Notes: generated from the letters alone by a model not told the origin. Positions 48,493 to 58,605 are shown, counted from the stretch's first letter. The stretch: DNA of 64,000 bases from Polyangiaceae bacterium (GCA_965222375.1 CBDCTZ010000013.1:640001-704000), one strand, 5' to 3'. Translations and numbers: made by a program.

Positions 48493-51078
48493 GTGAGCGA
48501 AGGTTCGGCCGAGCTGTACGGGCTATTTCTGGCGCTCGCACCGTCTCGAACGGCTGCTGCGCGTGCCGCCCTGGATCTCACGGATCCGAAAGAGCGGGCC
48601 CAGGAGCTCTGCGCGGCCATGCTGCCCTTCGCCGTGGACGCAGCGCTACTGGGGGCTGACGGCGTGCGCGCACTCGCCCGCGCAGTAGCCTACGCCGACT
48701 CCGCTCCGGCGGAAGCACTGGACGAAGCCCTGACAACCCTGGACGCCGCCGCTGTGGCACTGAGCCACGGGGACGAGTCCGGCGCTCGGGTCGACGAGGC
48801 GGAGTTGCAAGCCCAGGCGGAGGCGCTGCTCGAGCACGTGGATCTTCCGGAAGCGATCGACGAGGCCGCCGCCCCAGCCGCGGAACCAGCCGCGGGGGAC
48901 GATTCGGTTTGGGAGCCGACGTTGGGGGAAGACATGATCAGCGCCTTCTTGGACGAATGCGTCGACCGTGTCGAAGGGCTCTCGGAACGACTGCTTTCTC
49001 TGGAGGAGAGCCAAGGCGACCCGGAACTGGTGGGCGAAGTTTTCCGAGATCTGCACACCCTGAAGGGTTCAAGCGCGTTCGCGGGCCTGAAGAAGATGAA
49101 CCGGGTTGCCCACCTCGCCGAAGATCTGATTGGCGAGCTGCGCGATGGCAAGCGACGAGTCGATAAGCCCTTGGTCGACGTATTGCTCGAGACCCTCGAC
49201 GTGCTGAAAGCCATCGTGGACCGAGCGCGCAATCGGGCACGCATCGACGTCGACGTGAGTGTGCTCCTCGAGCGCCTCAAAGACCCTTCCCGAGCCGTGA
49301 CCCCGTCGGCGGCAGCGCCGGCACCAAGCGCCGGCCCCCAAGCGACGAAGACTGCGCCTCGCGCGCCCGCCGCAGCCACCTTGCGCATCGAGTTCGAAAA
49401 GGTGGATCAGCTGCTCAATCTCGTCGGGGAAATCGTCCTTGCACGAGGCCGCTTGGGCAGCGCGCACGAGGTGTCTAGCGCCGTCCTCCGTGAGCTCCCA
49501 GCGATACGCAAGAAGCTCGCGAAAGGCGAAACCACCGAGGTTGCCGACAAAACCCACCTAGAAGATTTGCAGCGCACCGAACGAGTGCTTGGAGAAACCC
49601 ACGGCGATCTGGACGCGGGGCTGTCGTCGCTGAGCCTGGCCGTGGGTCAGCTTCGAGACACCGTCATGAAGCTGCGCATGGTGCCCATCGCCCGCCTGTT
49701 CACCAAGTACCAACGGACAGTGCGGGAGTTGGCGAACAAACTCGACAAGAGCGTACGGGTCGAACTCTCCGGGGCAGAGACCGAACTCGACAAGGTCTTG
49801 GTGGAGCGCCTCGAGGATCCCCTGCTGCACCTGGTTCGGAATTCCGTCGACCACGGCGTTGAACCGCCAGACGTGCGTCGCGAAAACGGCAAGCCCGAGG
49901 CGGGGTTGGTGCGCCTGTCCGCCGCTCAGCGTGGCGGACAGATCATCGTCACCATCGAGGACGACGGGCGCGGCATGGACCCAGACAAGCTCCGCGACAA
50001 GGCCCTCGAAAAGGGCGTCATCACGGAAGACGAAGCCCGCGCCCTCTCGCCACGCGAATGCTTCGAGCTGATTTTTCGCGCGGGCTTTTCCACGGCGGAG
50101 CAACTTTCGGACGTGTCCGGACGAGGCGTCGGCATGGATGTCGTGCGCGACACGATCGCCAAGCTCAAAGGCACGATTCTCATCGATTCGGAACTCGGGC
50201 GCGGCAGCAAGGTAGAGTTCCGGCTTCCCCTGACCCTAGCCATCACCCAAGTCTTAGCCGCGCGGATCGGGGAAGAACTCGTGGCCGTACCCTTGGATGC
50301 CGTCGTCAGCGCCCAGTCGGCACATCCAGATGACTTCGAGGCCGTCGCGGATGGTCGCTGTTTGCGCATTGCCGACCGCCTCGTACCCGTCGTGGACCTG
50401 GGCATCGTCCTAGGCTTGGATTCCGAGGCGCCCCTGGCGGGCGCGAGCGACCAGAGCGTGGTCGTCGTGGACGTCGGCTCGGAGCGGCTCGGCCTGATCG
50501 TGCACCAAGTCCTGGGGCGACACGAGGTCGTGATCAAATCCTTGGGACCTCTGCTGGCACAAACGCCATGCGCAGCGGGCGCGACGCTGATCGGAGATCG
50601 AGTCTGCCTAGTCGTCGATCTCGGCCAGGTCTCGAGCCACGCCAAACGAGCTACCCCTCGACGAGAAGTGAGGCGCAAGTCCACCAAGGCCCCGCGAGCG
50701 AGGGTGCTGGTCGCCGAAGACAGCGACATGGTTCGCGAGGCGATAACCCGCGAGCTGTCTCGCGCCGGCTTCGTCGTCGTGGCTGCTCGGGACGGCCAGG
50801 AGGCTCTCGAGTTCAGCCAAGAGCAGAGCTTCGACGCAATTTGCAGTGACGTCATGATGCCGCGCATGGACGGCTACGAGCTCGTACGTGAGCTGCGGCG
50901 CAGCCCCAAGTACCTCACCACCCCAATCGTGATGGTCACGAGCAAGGACGCACGCATCGATGCGCTCCGAGGCGTGGACGCGGGTGCTGATGCCTACTTG
51001 ACCAAGCCCGTGGACGGAGTCGCCCTGGTCCGAGCCCTGTCAGAATTGCTGATCGCTCGACAAAAGCCGTCGGAATGA
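48493..51078 (+). CDS. cheA: Hybrid chemotaxis histidine kinase CheA-REC
   Basis: Hpt FRDLHTLKG, LLNLVGE, HLVRNSVDHG, SGRGVGMDVV, LPLTLAI, CheW-like domain, C-terminal receiver. Confidence 0.92.
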   Translation: MSEGSAELYGLFLALAPSRTAAARAALDLTDPKERAQELCAAMLPFAVDAALLGADGVRALARAVAYADSAPAEALDEALTTLDAAAVALSHGDESGARVDEAELQAQAEALLEHVDLPEAIDEAAAPAAEPAAGDDSVWEPTLGEDMISAFLDECVDRVEGLSERLLSLEESQGDPELVGEVFRDLHTLKGSSAFAGLKKMNRVAHLAEDLIGELRDGKRRVDKPLVDVLLETLDVLKAIVDRARNRARIDVDVSVLLERLKDPSRAVTPSAAAPAPSAGPQATKTAPRAPAAATLRIEFEKVDQLLNLVGEIVLARGRLGSAHEVSSAVLRELPAIRKKLAKGETTEVADKTHLEDLQRTERVLGETHGDLDAGLSSLSLAVGQLRDTVMKLRMVPIARLFTKYQRTVRELANKLDKSVRVELSGAETELDKVLVERLEDPLLHLVRNSVDHGVEPPDVRRENGKPEAGLVRLSAAQRGGQIIVTIEDDGRGMDPDKLRDKALEKGVITEDEARALSPRECFELIFRAGFSTAEQLSDVSGRGVGMDVVRDTIAKLKGTILIDSELGRGSKVEFRLPLTLAITQVLAARIGEELVAVPLDAVVSAQSAHPDDFEAVADGRCLRIADRLVPVVDLGIVLGLDSEAPLAGASDQSVVVVDVGSERLGLIVHQVLGRHEVVIKSLGPLLAQTPCAAGATLIGDRVCLVVDLGQVSSHAKRATPRREVRRKSTKAPRARVLVAEDSDMVREAITRELSRAGFVVVAARDGQEALEFSQEQSFDAICSDVMMPRMDGYELVRELRRSPKYLTTPIVMVTSKDARIDALRGVDAGADAYLTKPVDGVALVRALSELLIARQKPSE

Positions 51079-51201
51079 GCCTGGCTGCCGCGGATCGGCG
51101 GCACGCTTTATTTCACCCCGAGCCGTGCTAGGGTGCGCCCGCTTTTGCGGCTCCCGCGTCCTCCGACGCTGCCGCGAACCCATGAATGAAACGGAGAAGA
51201 G

Positions 51202-52455
51202 ATGAGCTACCTGTTTACTTCCGAGTCGGTCTCTGAGGGGCACCCCGACAAGATGAGCGACCAAATCAGCGACGCGGTAGTGGACGCCGCACTGCGCGGT
51301 GACCCGAGGAGCCGCGTGGCCTGCGAAACCTTGTGCAAGACGGGTTTCGTGGTGATCGCCGGAGAGATCACGACCAAGTCGAATATCGATTTCGGAGCCG
51401 TGGCTCGCGATGTGATCAAGGACATTGGTTACACCTCGAGTGATATGGGTTTCGACTATGAGACCTGCGGCATCCTCACGGCCGTCGAGCCTCAGAGCCC
51501 CGACATTTCTCAGGGCGTCACCGAGGGCCAGGGGCAGTTCAAGGAGCAGGGCGCCGGCGACCAGGGGCTCATGTTCGGCTACGCCTGCGACGAGACGCCG
51601 GAGCTCATGCCCGCGCCGATCATGTACTCCCACGAGCTGGTGCGCCAGCTGGCGGCAGTGCGACGCTCGGGCAAGGTGAAGTTCCTGCGACCGGATTCGA
51701 AGAGCCAGGTCACGATCGAGTACGAAAACGAGCGCCCGAAGCGCATCGACGCCGTCGTGATTTCCACGCAGCATTCCGCAGACGTCAAGAACAAGACCCT
51801 GCGCGATGCCGTGATGGACCTGTGCATCAAGAAGGTCCTTCCCAAGGGCATGCTGGACTCGAAAACGAAGTACTTCATCAACCCCACCGGGCGCTTTGTC
51901 ATTGGCGGGCCGCACGGCGACGCGGGCCTGACCGGGCGCAAGATCATCGTCGACACCTACGGCGGCATCGGTCGCCACGGCGGCGGTGCCTTCAGCGGCA
52001 AGGACCCCAGCAAGGTCGATCGCTCGGCCTGCTACTATGCACGATACGTTGCGAAGAACATCGTGGCAGCTGGGCTGGCCCGCAGAGTCGAGGTTCAAGT
52101 GGCCTACGCCATCGGCGTCGCCAAGCCCGTCGGCGTCTACGTGAACACCTTCGGCACCGGCCGCGTCGACGACGAAAAACTACAGAAGTACGTGGCGGCG
52201 AACTTCGACTTCCGCCCTCGCTCCTTGATCAAAGAGCTGGACCTGCTCCGGCCCATCTACCGCGCGACGGCGGCCTACGGTCACTTCGGGCGCAAGGAGT
52301 TCCGTTGGGAGCGCACCAACCGCGCCCGCCAGCTCGCCTCGGACCTCAAAGTCAGCTCCAAGCGAAGCAACGGAGCGAGCAACGGAATCAAACCCAAGAG
52401 GGCAGCGAAGAAGGCGGCAAAGAAGTCCCGCGGCGGCAAATCCGCTCGGGCCTGA
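51202..52455 (+). CDS. metK: S-adenosylmethionine synthetase
   Basis: [35 protein letters not shown]. Confidence 0.98.
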   Translation: MSYLFTSESVSEGHPDKMSDQISDAVVDAALRGDPRSRVACETLCKTGFVVIAGEITTKSNIDFGAVARDVIKDIGYTSSDMGFDYETCGILTAVEPQSPDISQGVTEGQGQFKEQGAGDQGLMFGYACDETPELMPAPIMYSHELVRQLAAVRRSGKVKFLRPDSKSQVTIEYENERPKRIDAVVISTQHSADVKNKTLRDAVMDLCIKKVLPKGMLDSKTKYFINPTGRFVIGGPHGDAGLTGRKIIVDTYGGIGRHGGGAFSGKDPSKVDRSACYYARYVAKNIVAAGLARRVEVQVAYAIGVAKPVGVYVNTFGTGRVDDEKLQKYVAANFDFRPRSLIKELDLLRPIYRATAAYGHFGRKEFRWERTNRARQLASDLKVSSKRSNGASNGIKPKRAAKKAAKKSRGGKSARA

Positions 52456-52629
52456 TTTCGCTGCGGTCAAAACACGCGCAGCCTGCGCGCTCTGCCTGCT
52501 GCAGAGCGCCAGCCGTGCCGTGACAGAGTGCTAGGCTGACGCTAGGCTACGCGCCAATTTGCGACATGTTGGGCTGCGCCAACGGGGATCGGCGCAAAGA
52601 GCCCCGCGTCAGGGTGTCTAGAGATAACG

Positions 52630-53841
52630 ATGCTTCACAAATGGATGGGCTTTTCGGGCGCGGCCATCTGCGCAATCGCGCTCGGCGCGGCCTGCTCGAG
52701 CACGAGCGGCGGCTCCAGCCTCCCTGGGGGCGGCAGTGGCGGTAGCGGCGCTGGAATCAGCACTGGCGGGTCGGGTGCCGGGATCAACATCGGCGGCGGC
52801 TCCGGCTTTGACGGGGATGGAGATGGTTTTTCCGCCGCGGAAGGTGACTGCAACGATGCCGACCCAAACGCCAACCCCGGTGCCCTCGACGTAGCGGGCA
52901 ACGGCGTGGATGAGGACTGCAACGGCAAGCCCGACGACACCGTGGTCACATGCGATTCGAGCGTCCCCGATATTGGCTACGGCGACCCCGCGAGCGCAGC
53001 ACAAGCCATTGGCTTGTGCCACTTCCCGGCACCAACCTCTCGCGCTTGGGGCGTATTGGAGGCGAAGTACGTCAAGGCCGACGGTACCGCGGGGATGCAC
53101 GATCCCGGCCACGGCCTGCTCACGGACTTTGGTCCCAACGTGAAGCCCAAAGAAGGCGCTCGCATGTTGGTGCTATCGAGCGGCACCGCCCGCGACGCAA
53201 ACGACCCTGGCTTTCAATCTCCGGCGGGTGCTGAGTTCAACACCAGCAGCAACCAGCCCCCGGGCTTTCCGGTCGCCTCGCCCTCCTGCCCCGCGGCGAC
53301 TTCCGGCGGCCCGGCCAACGATCCCGCAGCTTTCGAGGTCAAGCTACGCGTCCCGACCAACGCCAAGAGCCTCAAGTTCCAGTTCAACTTCTACACCTAC
53401 GAATTCCCCCAGTACATCTGCAGTCAGTTCAACGACTTCTTCGTCGTGCTGCAGAATCCGGCTCCCAGCAACGCGCTATCGGGCAACATCTCTTTCGATT
53501 CGAAGAACAACCCCGTCAGCGTGAACAACGGCTTCTTGGAGGTGTGTGACCCCGCCGTGGGTGCCACCAACCCGGGCGGAAAGAACTTCCCCTGCAGCCT
53601 TGGGGCGTCCCAGCTTGCCGGCACCGGCTTCGATGAAACCAACCCGCTCTTCCCGGGGCCCCACGCCGGCACAGGCTGGCTGGAGACGGTCTCGCCGGTG
53701 ACGCCCGGGAGCGAAATCACCGTGCGTTTCGCCATCTACGACGTCGGCGACGCGGCCCTCGATTCCACGGTGCTGATCGACAAGTTCGAGTTCTCCGCTG
53801 AAGAAGCGACGGGCTCCTTCACCCAACCGGTGCCGCGCTGA
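52630..53841 (+). CDS. Lipoprotein with a metal-binding repeat and choice-of-anchor-L-like domain
   Basis: Lipobox GAAC; DGDGDG..DCND...NGVDEDCNG; EFPQYICSQFND, DVGD..LDSTVLID. Confidence 0.7.
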   Translation: MLHKWMGFSGAAICAIALGAACSSTSGGSSLPGGGSGGSGAGISTGGSGAGINIGGGSGFDGDGDGFSAAEGDCNDADPNANPGALDVAGNGVDEDCNGKPDDTVVTCDSSVPDIGYGDPASAAQAIGLCHFPAPTSRAWGVLEAKYVKADGTAGMHDPGHGLLTDFGPNVKPKEGARMLVLSSGTARDANDPGFQSPAGAEFNTSSNQPPGFPVASPSCPAATSGGPANDPAAFEVKLRVPTNAKSLKFQFNFYTYEFPQYICSQFNDFFVVLQNPAPSNALSGNISFDSKNNPVSVNNGFLEVCDPAVGATNPGGKNFPCSLGASQLAGTGFDETNPLFPGPHAGTGWLETVSPVTPGSEITVRFAIYDVGDAALDSTVLIDKFEFSAEEATGSFTQPVPR

Positions 53842-53857
53842 TCAGCCCGCAGGCGAA

Positions 53858-54751
53858 TCAGCGCACGCAGTTGCGCCCCTCGCCCTTGGCGACGTAAAGC
53901 CTGGCGTCCGCCCGTTGGTAAACCTCTTGGGTGGTCTTGTCGGCGGGCAAGCGCTCGGTGACTCCGAGGCTCAGGGTGACGGGAATGATCTGTCCTTCGA
54001 ACTCGAAACGGGATGCTTCCACCGCCCGCCGAACGGTTTCGGCGAGGTTGTGCGCTTGCTGAACATTGAAGCCGTTGCAGAGCAGCGCAAATTCCTCACC
54101 GCCGACCCGCGCGAACAACACGCCCTGCGGCACCACGCGGGTGACGACCGACGCCACCTGCCTGAGCACGGCGTCGCCGGCAGTGTGCCCGTGAGTGTCG
54201 TTGATCTTCTTGAAGTGATCGAGATCGAGAACGATGAGGCTGAGCGGAACAGAGCTGACCTGGGCTCGAAAAACCGCGTTGTGAAACGCTTCTTCGAAGT
54301 GGCTCTTGTTGTGGATGCCAGTCAGGCCGTCGTAGCGCATCAGGCGCTGCACTTCTTCGTGGTACGCGCTCTCGACGTTCGTCCCGCTGATGTACTTCAG
54401 CAATGCCTTGCCTATCTGTAGACGGTCACCGTCATGCAAGGGCTCGTTGCTGATGCGAGCTTCGTTGACGAAGGTGCCGTTGGTGGACTTCTGGTCCACC
54501 ACCCGGTGACAGCGGCCATCCCACTCGATCCGCGCATGCAGGCGACTGACCGAGTCCGCATCCAGCTGCAACCCACAGGCGGCGCCCCGGCCCACGTCGA
54601 GGGACTGCTCGCCCAGTACCGAACGGTGTCCCAAGCGTGGCCCGGCAATCACCACGAGATAGGCCTGACTCGGCGCATTGCGCCGCCACGACTTGGTGAA
54701 GTCGCGGGTGACTGTCACCTCAACAGTTGCTTCGAAGCCGTCGTCCGACAC
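53858..54751 (-). CDS. FHA-GGDEF diguanylate cyclase
   Basis: FHA (GR, SRLHA, STNGTFVN); DLDHFKKINDTHGH and GGEEF; GTG start inferred. Confidence 0.9.
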   Translation of the reverse strand: MSDDGFEATVEVTVTRDFTKSWRRNAPSQAYLVVIAGPRLGHRSVLGEQSLDVGRGAACGLQLDADSVSRLHARIEWDGRCHRVVDQKSTNGTFVNEARISNEPLHDGDRLQIGKALLKYISGTNVESAYHEEVQRLMRYDGLTGIHNKSHFEEAFHNAVFRAQVSSVPLSLIVLDLDHFKKINDTHGHTAGDAVLRQVASVVTRVVPQGVLFARVGGEEFALLCNGFNVQQAHNLAETVRRAVEASRFEFEGQIIPVTLSLGVTERLPADKTTQEVYQRADARLYVAKGEGRNCVR

Positions 54752-55123
54752 TTTTCTGAAGCTAGAACTTATCACGCCCGCCGCCCACCAGAACTGCAAA
54801 TTCTCGTGTGGGATCGTGTAGTTAGGTGTGAGGATGGCGGACTTTTGGCGACTTAGTGGAGGGAATGCCGACTTTGGGTTTGGGGTCGGGGCACTTGCCG
54901 GCGCTGGGCCACTAGGCAGAAACAGAAGGGCTCGCTAGCGCCATCGCGGCCTCGACCTCTCTGCCACCATCCAGCAGTATGGCGCGTTTCTTTCGATGTG
55001 GGTCCGGCGAAGCCGGGTGGGTAACTACTCTCGTTTTGGGCCGCGCGAGCCGAGCCGAGTTCATGGTCCGGCATGCGAGGAGCGTGAGCTTGACGGCCGG
55101 CGAGAATCCGAAAGGATGCGCGC

Positions 55124-56743
55124 GTGCTGGGCGAACCCGAAGCTGCGCCGCAACAATCACCCATCGAAGCCCGTCGACGCTTCACGAACCGGGTGCTCTT
55201 GATTGCGGGCGTTGCGTTCTTTGCCCAAATGGCGCTGGGCTTTTTGGCGGGCTTAGGTGCTGGTGGGACAATGATGTACCGGATGTTCACCAGCAAGGGT
55301 CTGCACGATTTCGACAATGCGCGCTTCGGCCAAGCAAAGATCCACTACGTCGCAAGAAGCCTGAGAGGCAAGCGTGCGCTGGTCGCCCTCTCACCGCACG
55401 CGTCAACCGAGCCCGAAGAATTGGCGGAGCTGCCCGGGCCCCACAGCTACTCGGATCCGCCCCAGCTAGTCGTGGACGCAACCAGCGTATGGGTCTTCGA
55501 GGCCACCGGTATCAAGCGCTACCAACACGGTCGCCTCAAGTCCCTCGGCGCGTCGCCCCCGCCCGTAGGTGCCTCGCCGCCCTTCCTTTTCCGAGGCTCG
55601 CCAGCCGTGCTGGTCGAGAGCACCGGCGTGGGCACGCCCCAAGGTGTCATCTGGCATCTGAGCGCGGGAGGCTGGAAGAAGGCGCGCAGCTTTGGACTGG
55701 GAGCCCATGCGTTGGGCCTCTCGGACTACCAGGTGGTCCCGAAGAACGCAGCGCTGCACCTCTTCGCAGAGTCCCATCTGGGCGAGATCTACTACGCAAG
55801 GCTCGATGCATCGGCCAGCGACGTGAGCTGGGAAGCGGTCACGCCGACCGACATCGAGTGGTCCCCGCTCGTCGTCGATCAGAGTCCTACCGTGGTGCGC
55901 TGTGAATCGCGCGGTCGCGGGAGCAACCTGGTGCTTTTTGAACGCGGCAAAGCCGGATGGGCGCAAACTGGAACGCACTCGGTGGATAGCTGCTTCGATT
56001 TCGCGGCAATGGAAATCGACCGGCAGCCTGCATGCATCTACGGAAGCATGGGCGGGGAGGGCGTGCGCATCGTCCGTTTCCCCGCCGCAGGCCCTGGCGT
56101 CGTCACCAGCCACGGCGGCGGCATGGCGAGTTTGTCCTGGGAGCTCATCGCGATGATCCTCTTCACGACGGTGCTGACCCTCGGGACTTCGCTAGCCAGC
56201 GCGCTCATGATCAGCCGCCGAATCGAAGGCTACCGCAATCCGAGTTACCGCCACGAGGCCAGTACCGGACGCCTGGCGTCTCTGGCTCGACGCGCCGCCG
56301 CCCGCGGCATTGACTCGGTATTCAGTGTGGCGCCGCTATGGTTGATGTGGGTCCCGCTCTACCAAGACGGGGCCCTGTTTGCGAAGCCTGGCCCCGGTTT
56401 TCTGACATCGATGCTGGGCTACTTCGCGGCGGCGCTTGGCCTGTGGGCACTCATCACTGTCGCTTTCTCGATCCTCGAGGGCAAATGGGGCGTCAGCCCC
56501 GGAAAATGGCTGCTCGGCCTTCGCGTCGTCGGCCTCGACCTGAAGCCCTGCGGCATACCGCGGGCGCTGCTGAGAAACGTCGTCCTAATCGCCGACCAGG
56601 TGATGAACTATCTGGTCGGCGTCGTCTGCATCGCGCTGACCGAAAAGCGCCAACGTGTCGGCGACCTGGCCGCGCGCACGCTGGTGATCGACATTCGGCC
56701 AACAAACGACAGCCCGAGTTTGGCTGTGGGAACTGGCGATTGA
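55124..56743 (+). CDS. RDD family membrane protein with large extracytoplasmic domain
   Basis: C-terminal RRAAARGID, SPGKWLLGLRVV, QRVGDLAARTLV. Confidence 0.8.
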   Translation: MLGEPEAAPQQSPIEARRRFTNRVLLIAGVAFFAQMALGFLAGLGAGGTMMYRMFTSKGLHDFDNARFGQAKIHYVARSLRGKRALVALSPHASTEPEELAELPGPHSYSDPPQLVVDATSVWVFEATGIKRYQHGRLKSLGASPPPVGASPPFLFRGSPAVLVESTGVGTPQGVIWHLSAGGWKKARSFGLGAHALGLSDYQVVPKNAALHLFAESHLGEIYYARLDASASDVSWEAVTPTDIEWSPLVVDQSPTVVRCESRGRGSNLVLFERGKAGWAQTGTHSVDSCFDFAAMEIDRQPACIYGSMGGEGVRIVRFPAAGPGVVTSHGGGMASLSWELIAMILFTTVLTLGTSLASALMISRRIEGYRNPSYRHEASTGRLASLARRAAARGIDSVFSVAPLWLMWVPLYQDGALFAKPGPGFLTSMLGYFAAALGLWALITVAFSILEGKWGVSPGKWLLGLRVVGLDLKPCGIPRALLRNVVLIADQVMNYLVGVVCIALTEKRQRVGDLAARTLVIDIRPTNDSPSLAVGTGD

Positions 56744-56778
56744 CGCCCTCGTGAGAGCCGCCGACTGTAGCGCGCACC

Positions 56779-57525
56779 ATGCTGGTCGTGAAGTTCCGAC
56801 GCATGCTCGTCCCCGCCGTTTCGCTGCTTTCGCTGGCCTGCGGTCACATCACGGACACCACCAAATGCAAAGGTGCTAGCGAGACAGCCTGTCAGGCGAG
56901 CAGCGTCTGCGAACCGCAGTACGGCGCGCGCTGGTGCGGGCCTCCTGGAGCGGTCTGCACCACCGAAGAGGTGTACAAAGGTTGCGAAGCGCTGGAGTCA
57001 GGCTCGCTCGACGAGGTGCGCGCTGCGTTCGCGTCGTGCAAAGCGACCCCCGGTGGGGTGTGGTCGAAGCGAGATGAAGCCGTTGCCAACACACCGAAAA
57101 CGGGTCGTTGCGGTTGCAGGGACCAACGCAACCGCCGGCAACAGCTACTCTCGGGCGAGCGGCGCATCGTCATACGCGCCGCGGAGGCAGGCTTTGGGTC
57201 CGGGGGCGGCCGGGAGCTCGACGAGGGAGTACGCCTCTCGCCCAACGGTAAGCCCGCCTGCCAAACGATGCGGCAGATCTGCGAACTGAATGGCGGCAGT
57301 TGGGTCGCACCGACGCCCAAGAGAACCGTCACCCAGGACGATGCGACGGGGTGTCGGGCAGTATACGTCCACGAGATCGCCAAGTTTGATCATGATCGGA
57401 GGGAGTGCGTGCGCGATCTCTTCGACCCGGACGCCCTACAGGCCGCGTGCCGCGGTGTCACGCTCCTGCCAAGCGGAGACGCAAACGTCGTCGTTGATAC
57501 GCGCCGCCAAGGGAAGCGCCGGTGA
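56779..57525 (+). CDS. Cys-rich lipoprotein, hypothetical
   Basis: Lipobox SLAC; multiple Cys; alternative start at 56803. Confidence 0.6.
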   Translation: MLVVKFRRMLVPAVSLLSLACGHITDTTKCKGASETACQASSVCEPQYGARWCGPPGAVCTTEEVYKGCEALESGSLDEVRAAFASCKATPGGVWSKRDEAVANTPKTGRCGCRDQRNRRQQLLSGERRIVIRAAEAGFGSGGGRELDEGVRLSPNGKPACQTMRQICELNGGSWVAPTPKRTVTQDDATGCRAVYVHEIAKFDHDRRECVRDLFDPDALQAACRGVTLLPSGDANVVVDTRRQGKRR

Positions 57526-57655
57526 GGCACGCGTAGAGCCGCGCGCGCCGACTCCCTGCGTATCACTCTGGAAAAGTACCACGCGCGTCGCACCGCCCGA
57601 GATGCCCGCCAGCATGTTTCGCAGCGATGGCAGCGCCCGAGCTCAACGACCACTG

Positions 57656-57716
57656 CTGACATCATCCTGACATTGGTGGCTATCGGGAGCCGTCGCTACT
57701 GACATCCTACTGACAT
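57656..57716. repeat. Four CTGACAT direct repeats in two 11-bp-spaced pairs
   Basis: CTGACAT at 57656, 57667, 57699 and 57710. Confidence 0.85.
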
Positions 57717-57731
57717 TTGGCCCGCTGGACG

Positions 57732-58091
57732 TCAGCAGGGCAACGCGGAGCGCACCGCCGCGACGGCCTCGGACGGTGAGCGAATGACCAACTCCTCGGA
57801 AAGCCGCAACACGCGAGACCGAAGGGAACCCCCCAGGGGCCACCCCTCCCGACGCAGCACCCGGTCCCGCCGCGCATCAGCCACCGCGCGGCGACCGTGA
57901 TACCCGCCAGCCGCAAGGTCCGCAATGTAGCGCCCACCCACCACGACCTGCCGCCGAAACGAAACCCCGAGCTTGCGCGCCGAAATCAACCGCCACAAAG
58001 CTGCCTCCGACCAAGTAGGCGCACACCGCATCCTACGAGCGCGCTCCTCGAGCTCACGACGGCGGGAAAAACTGGATACGGGCTTTTGCAT
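57732..58091 (-). pseudogene. Degenerate DUF559 (Vsr-like endonuclease) gene
   Basis: ARRMR..PT.SE..LW, FRRQ, YIAD, GGYH, DARRD and RVLR present; the usual LVVEVD segment is missing and 8 extra residues are inserted. Confidence 0.7.
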
Positions 58092-58285
58092 GACGACCTC
58101 CAAGGCCCGGGATTGCTGGCGGGCCACGCCCCCCCGGGGCCCGCCAGCAATCCCGGGCCGAAGCGAAGCAAGCCCAGACAGCCGGTTCGACGACATCACG
58201 AAGCGCCGTACGCAAGACTCGGTGCACACCGCTCGACCGAGTCGCAAAGCACCGCATGCAGAACCGCACACACACGCTTCGACGC

Positions 58286-58443
58286 CGTCACAAAGCGCCG
58301 TGCGCCGCGCCCGCGGCGCCACGGAAATCACGTACACCACGCGTCACAAAGCGCCGTGCGCCGCGCCCGCGGCGCCACGGATCCCACGCGCACCACGCCG
58401 TGCGCCGCGCCCGCGGCGCCACGGAAATCACGTACACCACGCG
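58286..58443. repeat. Tandem cluster of three palindromic REP-like units
   Basis: 30-bp core CGCCGTGCGCCGCGCCCGCGGCGCCACGGA at 58296, 58352 and 58396 with shared flanks. Confidence 0.9.
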
Positions 58444-58505
58444 CGAGACGGTCGTGCACAAAACGCTACCCGTCGCGGCAGCCTCTCAGCCCGGATCCAG
58501 GCCAT

Positions 58506-58589
58506 CCCCTCCCATGCCGCGCGCAGGCCGAAGGCCGAGCACGGCATAAGGGAGGGGCCGCGCGCGCAGGCCGAAGGCCGAGCACGCGG
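58506..58589. repeat. Two GGCCGAAGGCC hairpin repeats, the first enclosed by CCCCTCCC/GGGAGGGG
   Basis: CGCGCGCAGGCCGAAGGCCGAGCACG at 58518-58543 and 58561-58586. Confidence 0.85.
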
Positions 58590-58605
58590 GGGGTGGGCAT
58601 CCAAA

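Noticed and set aside
51079..51201. SAM or SAH riboswitch upstream of metK
   Set aside because: Conserved SAM-I, SAM-II or SAH motifs could not be identified by eye; an Rfam scan would settle it
58286..58443. CRISPR array
   Set aside because: The linkers are short and themselves repeated, so they are not unique spacers
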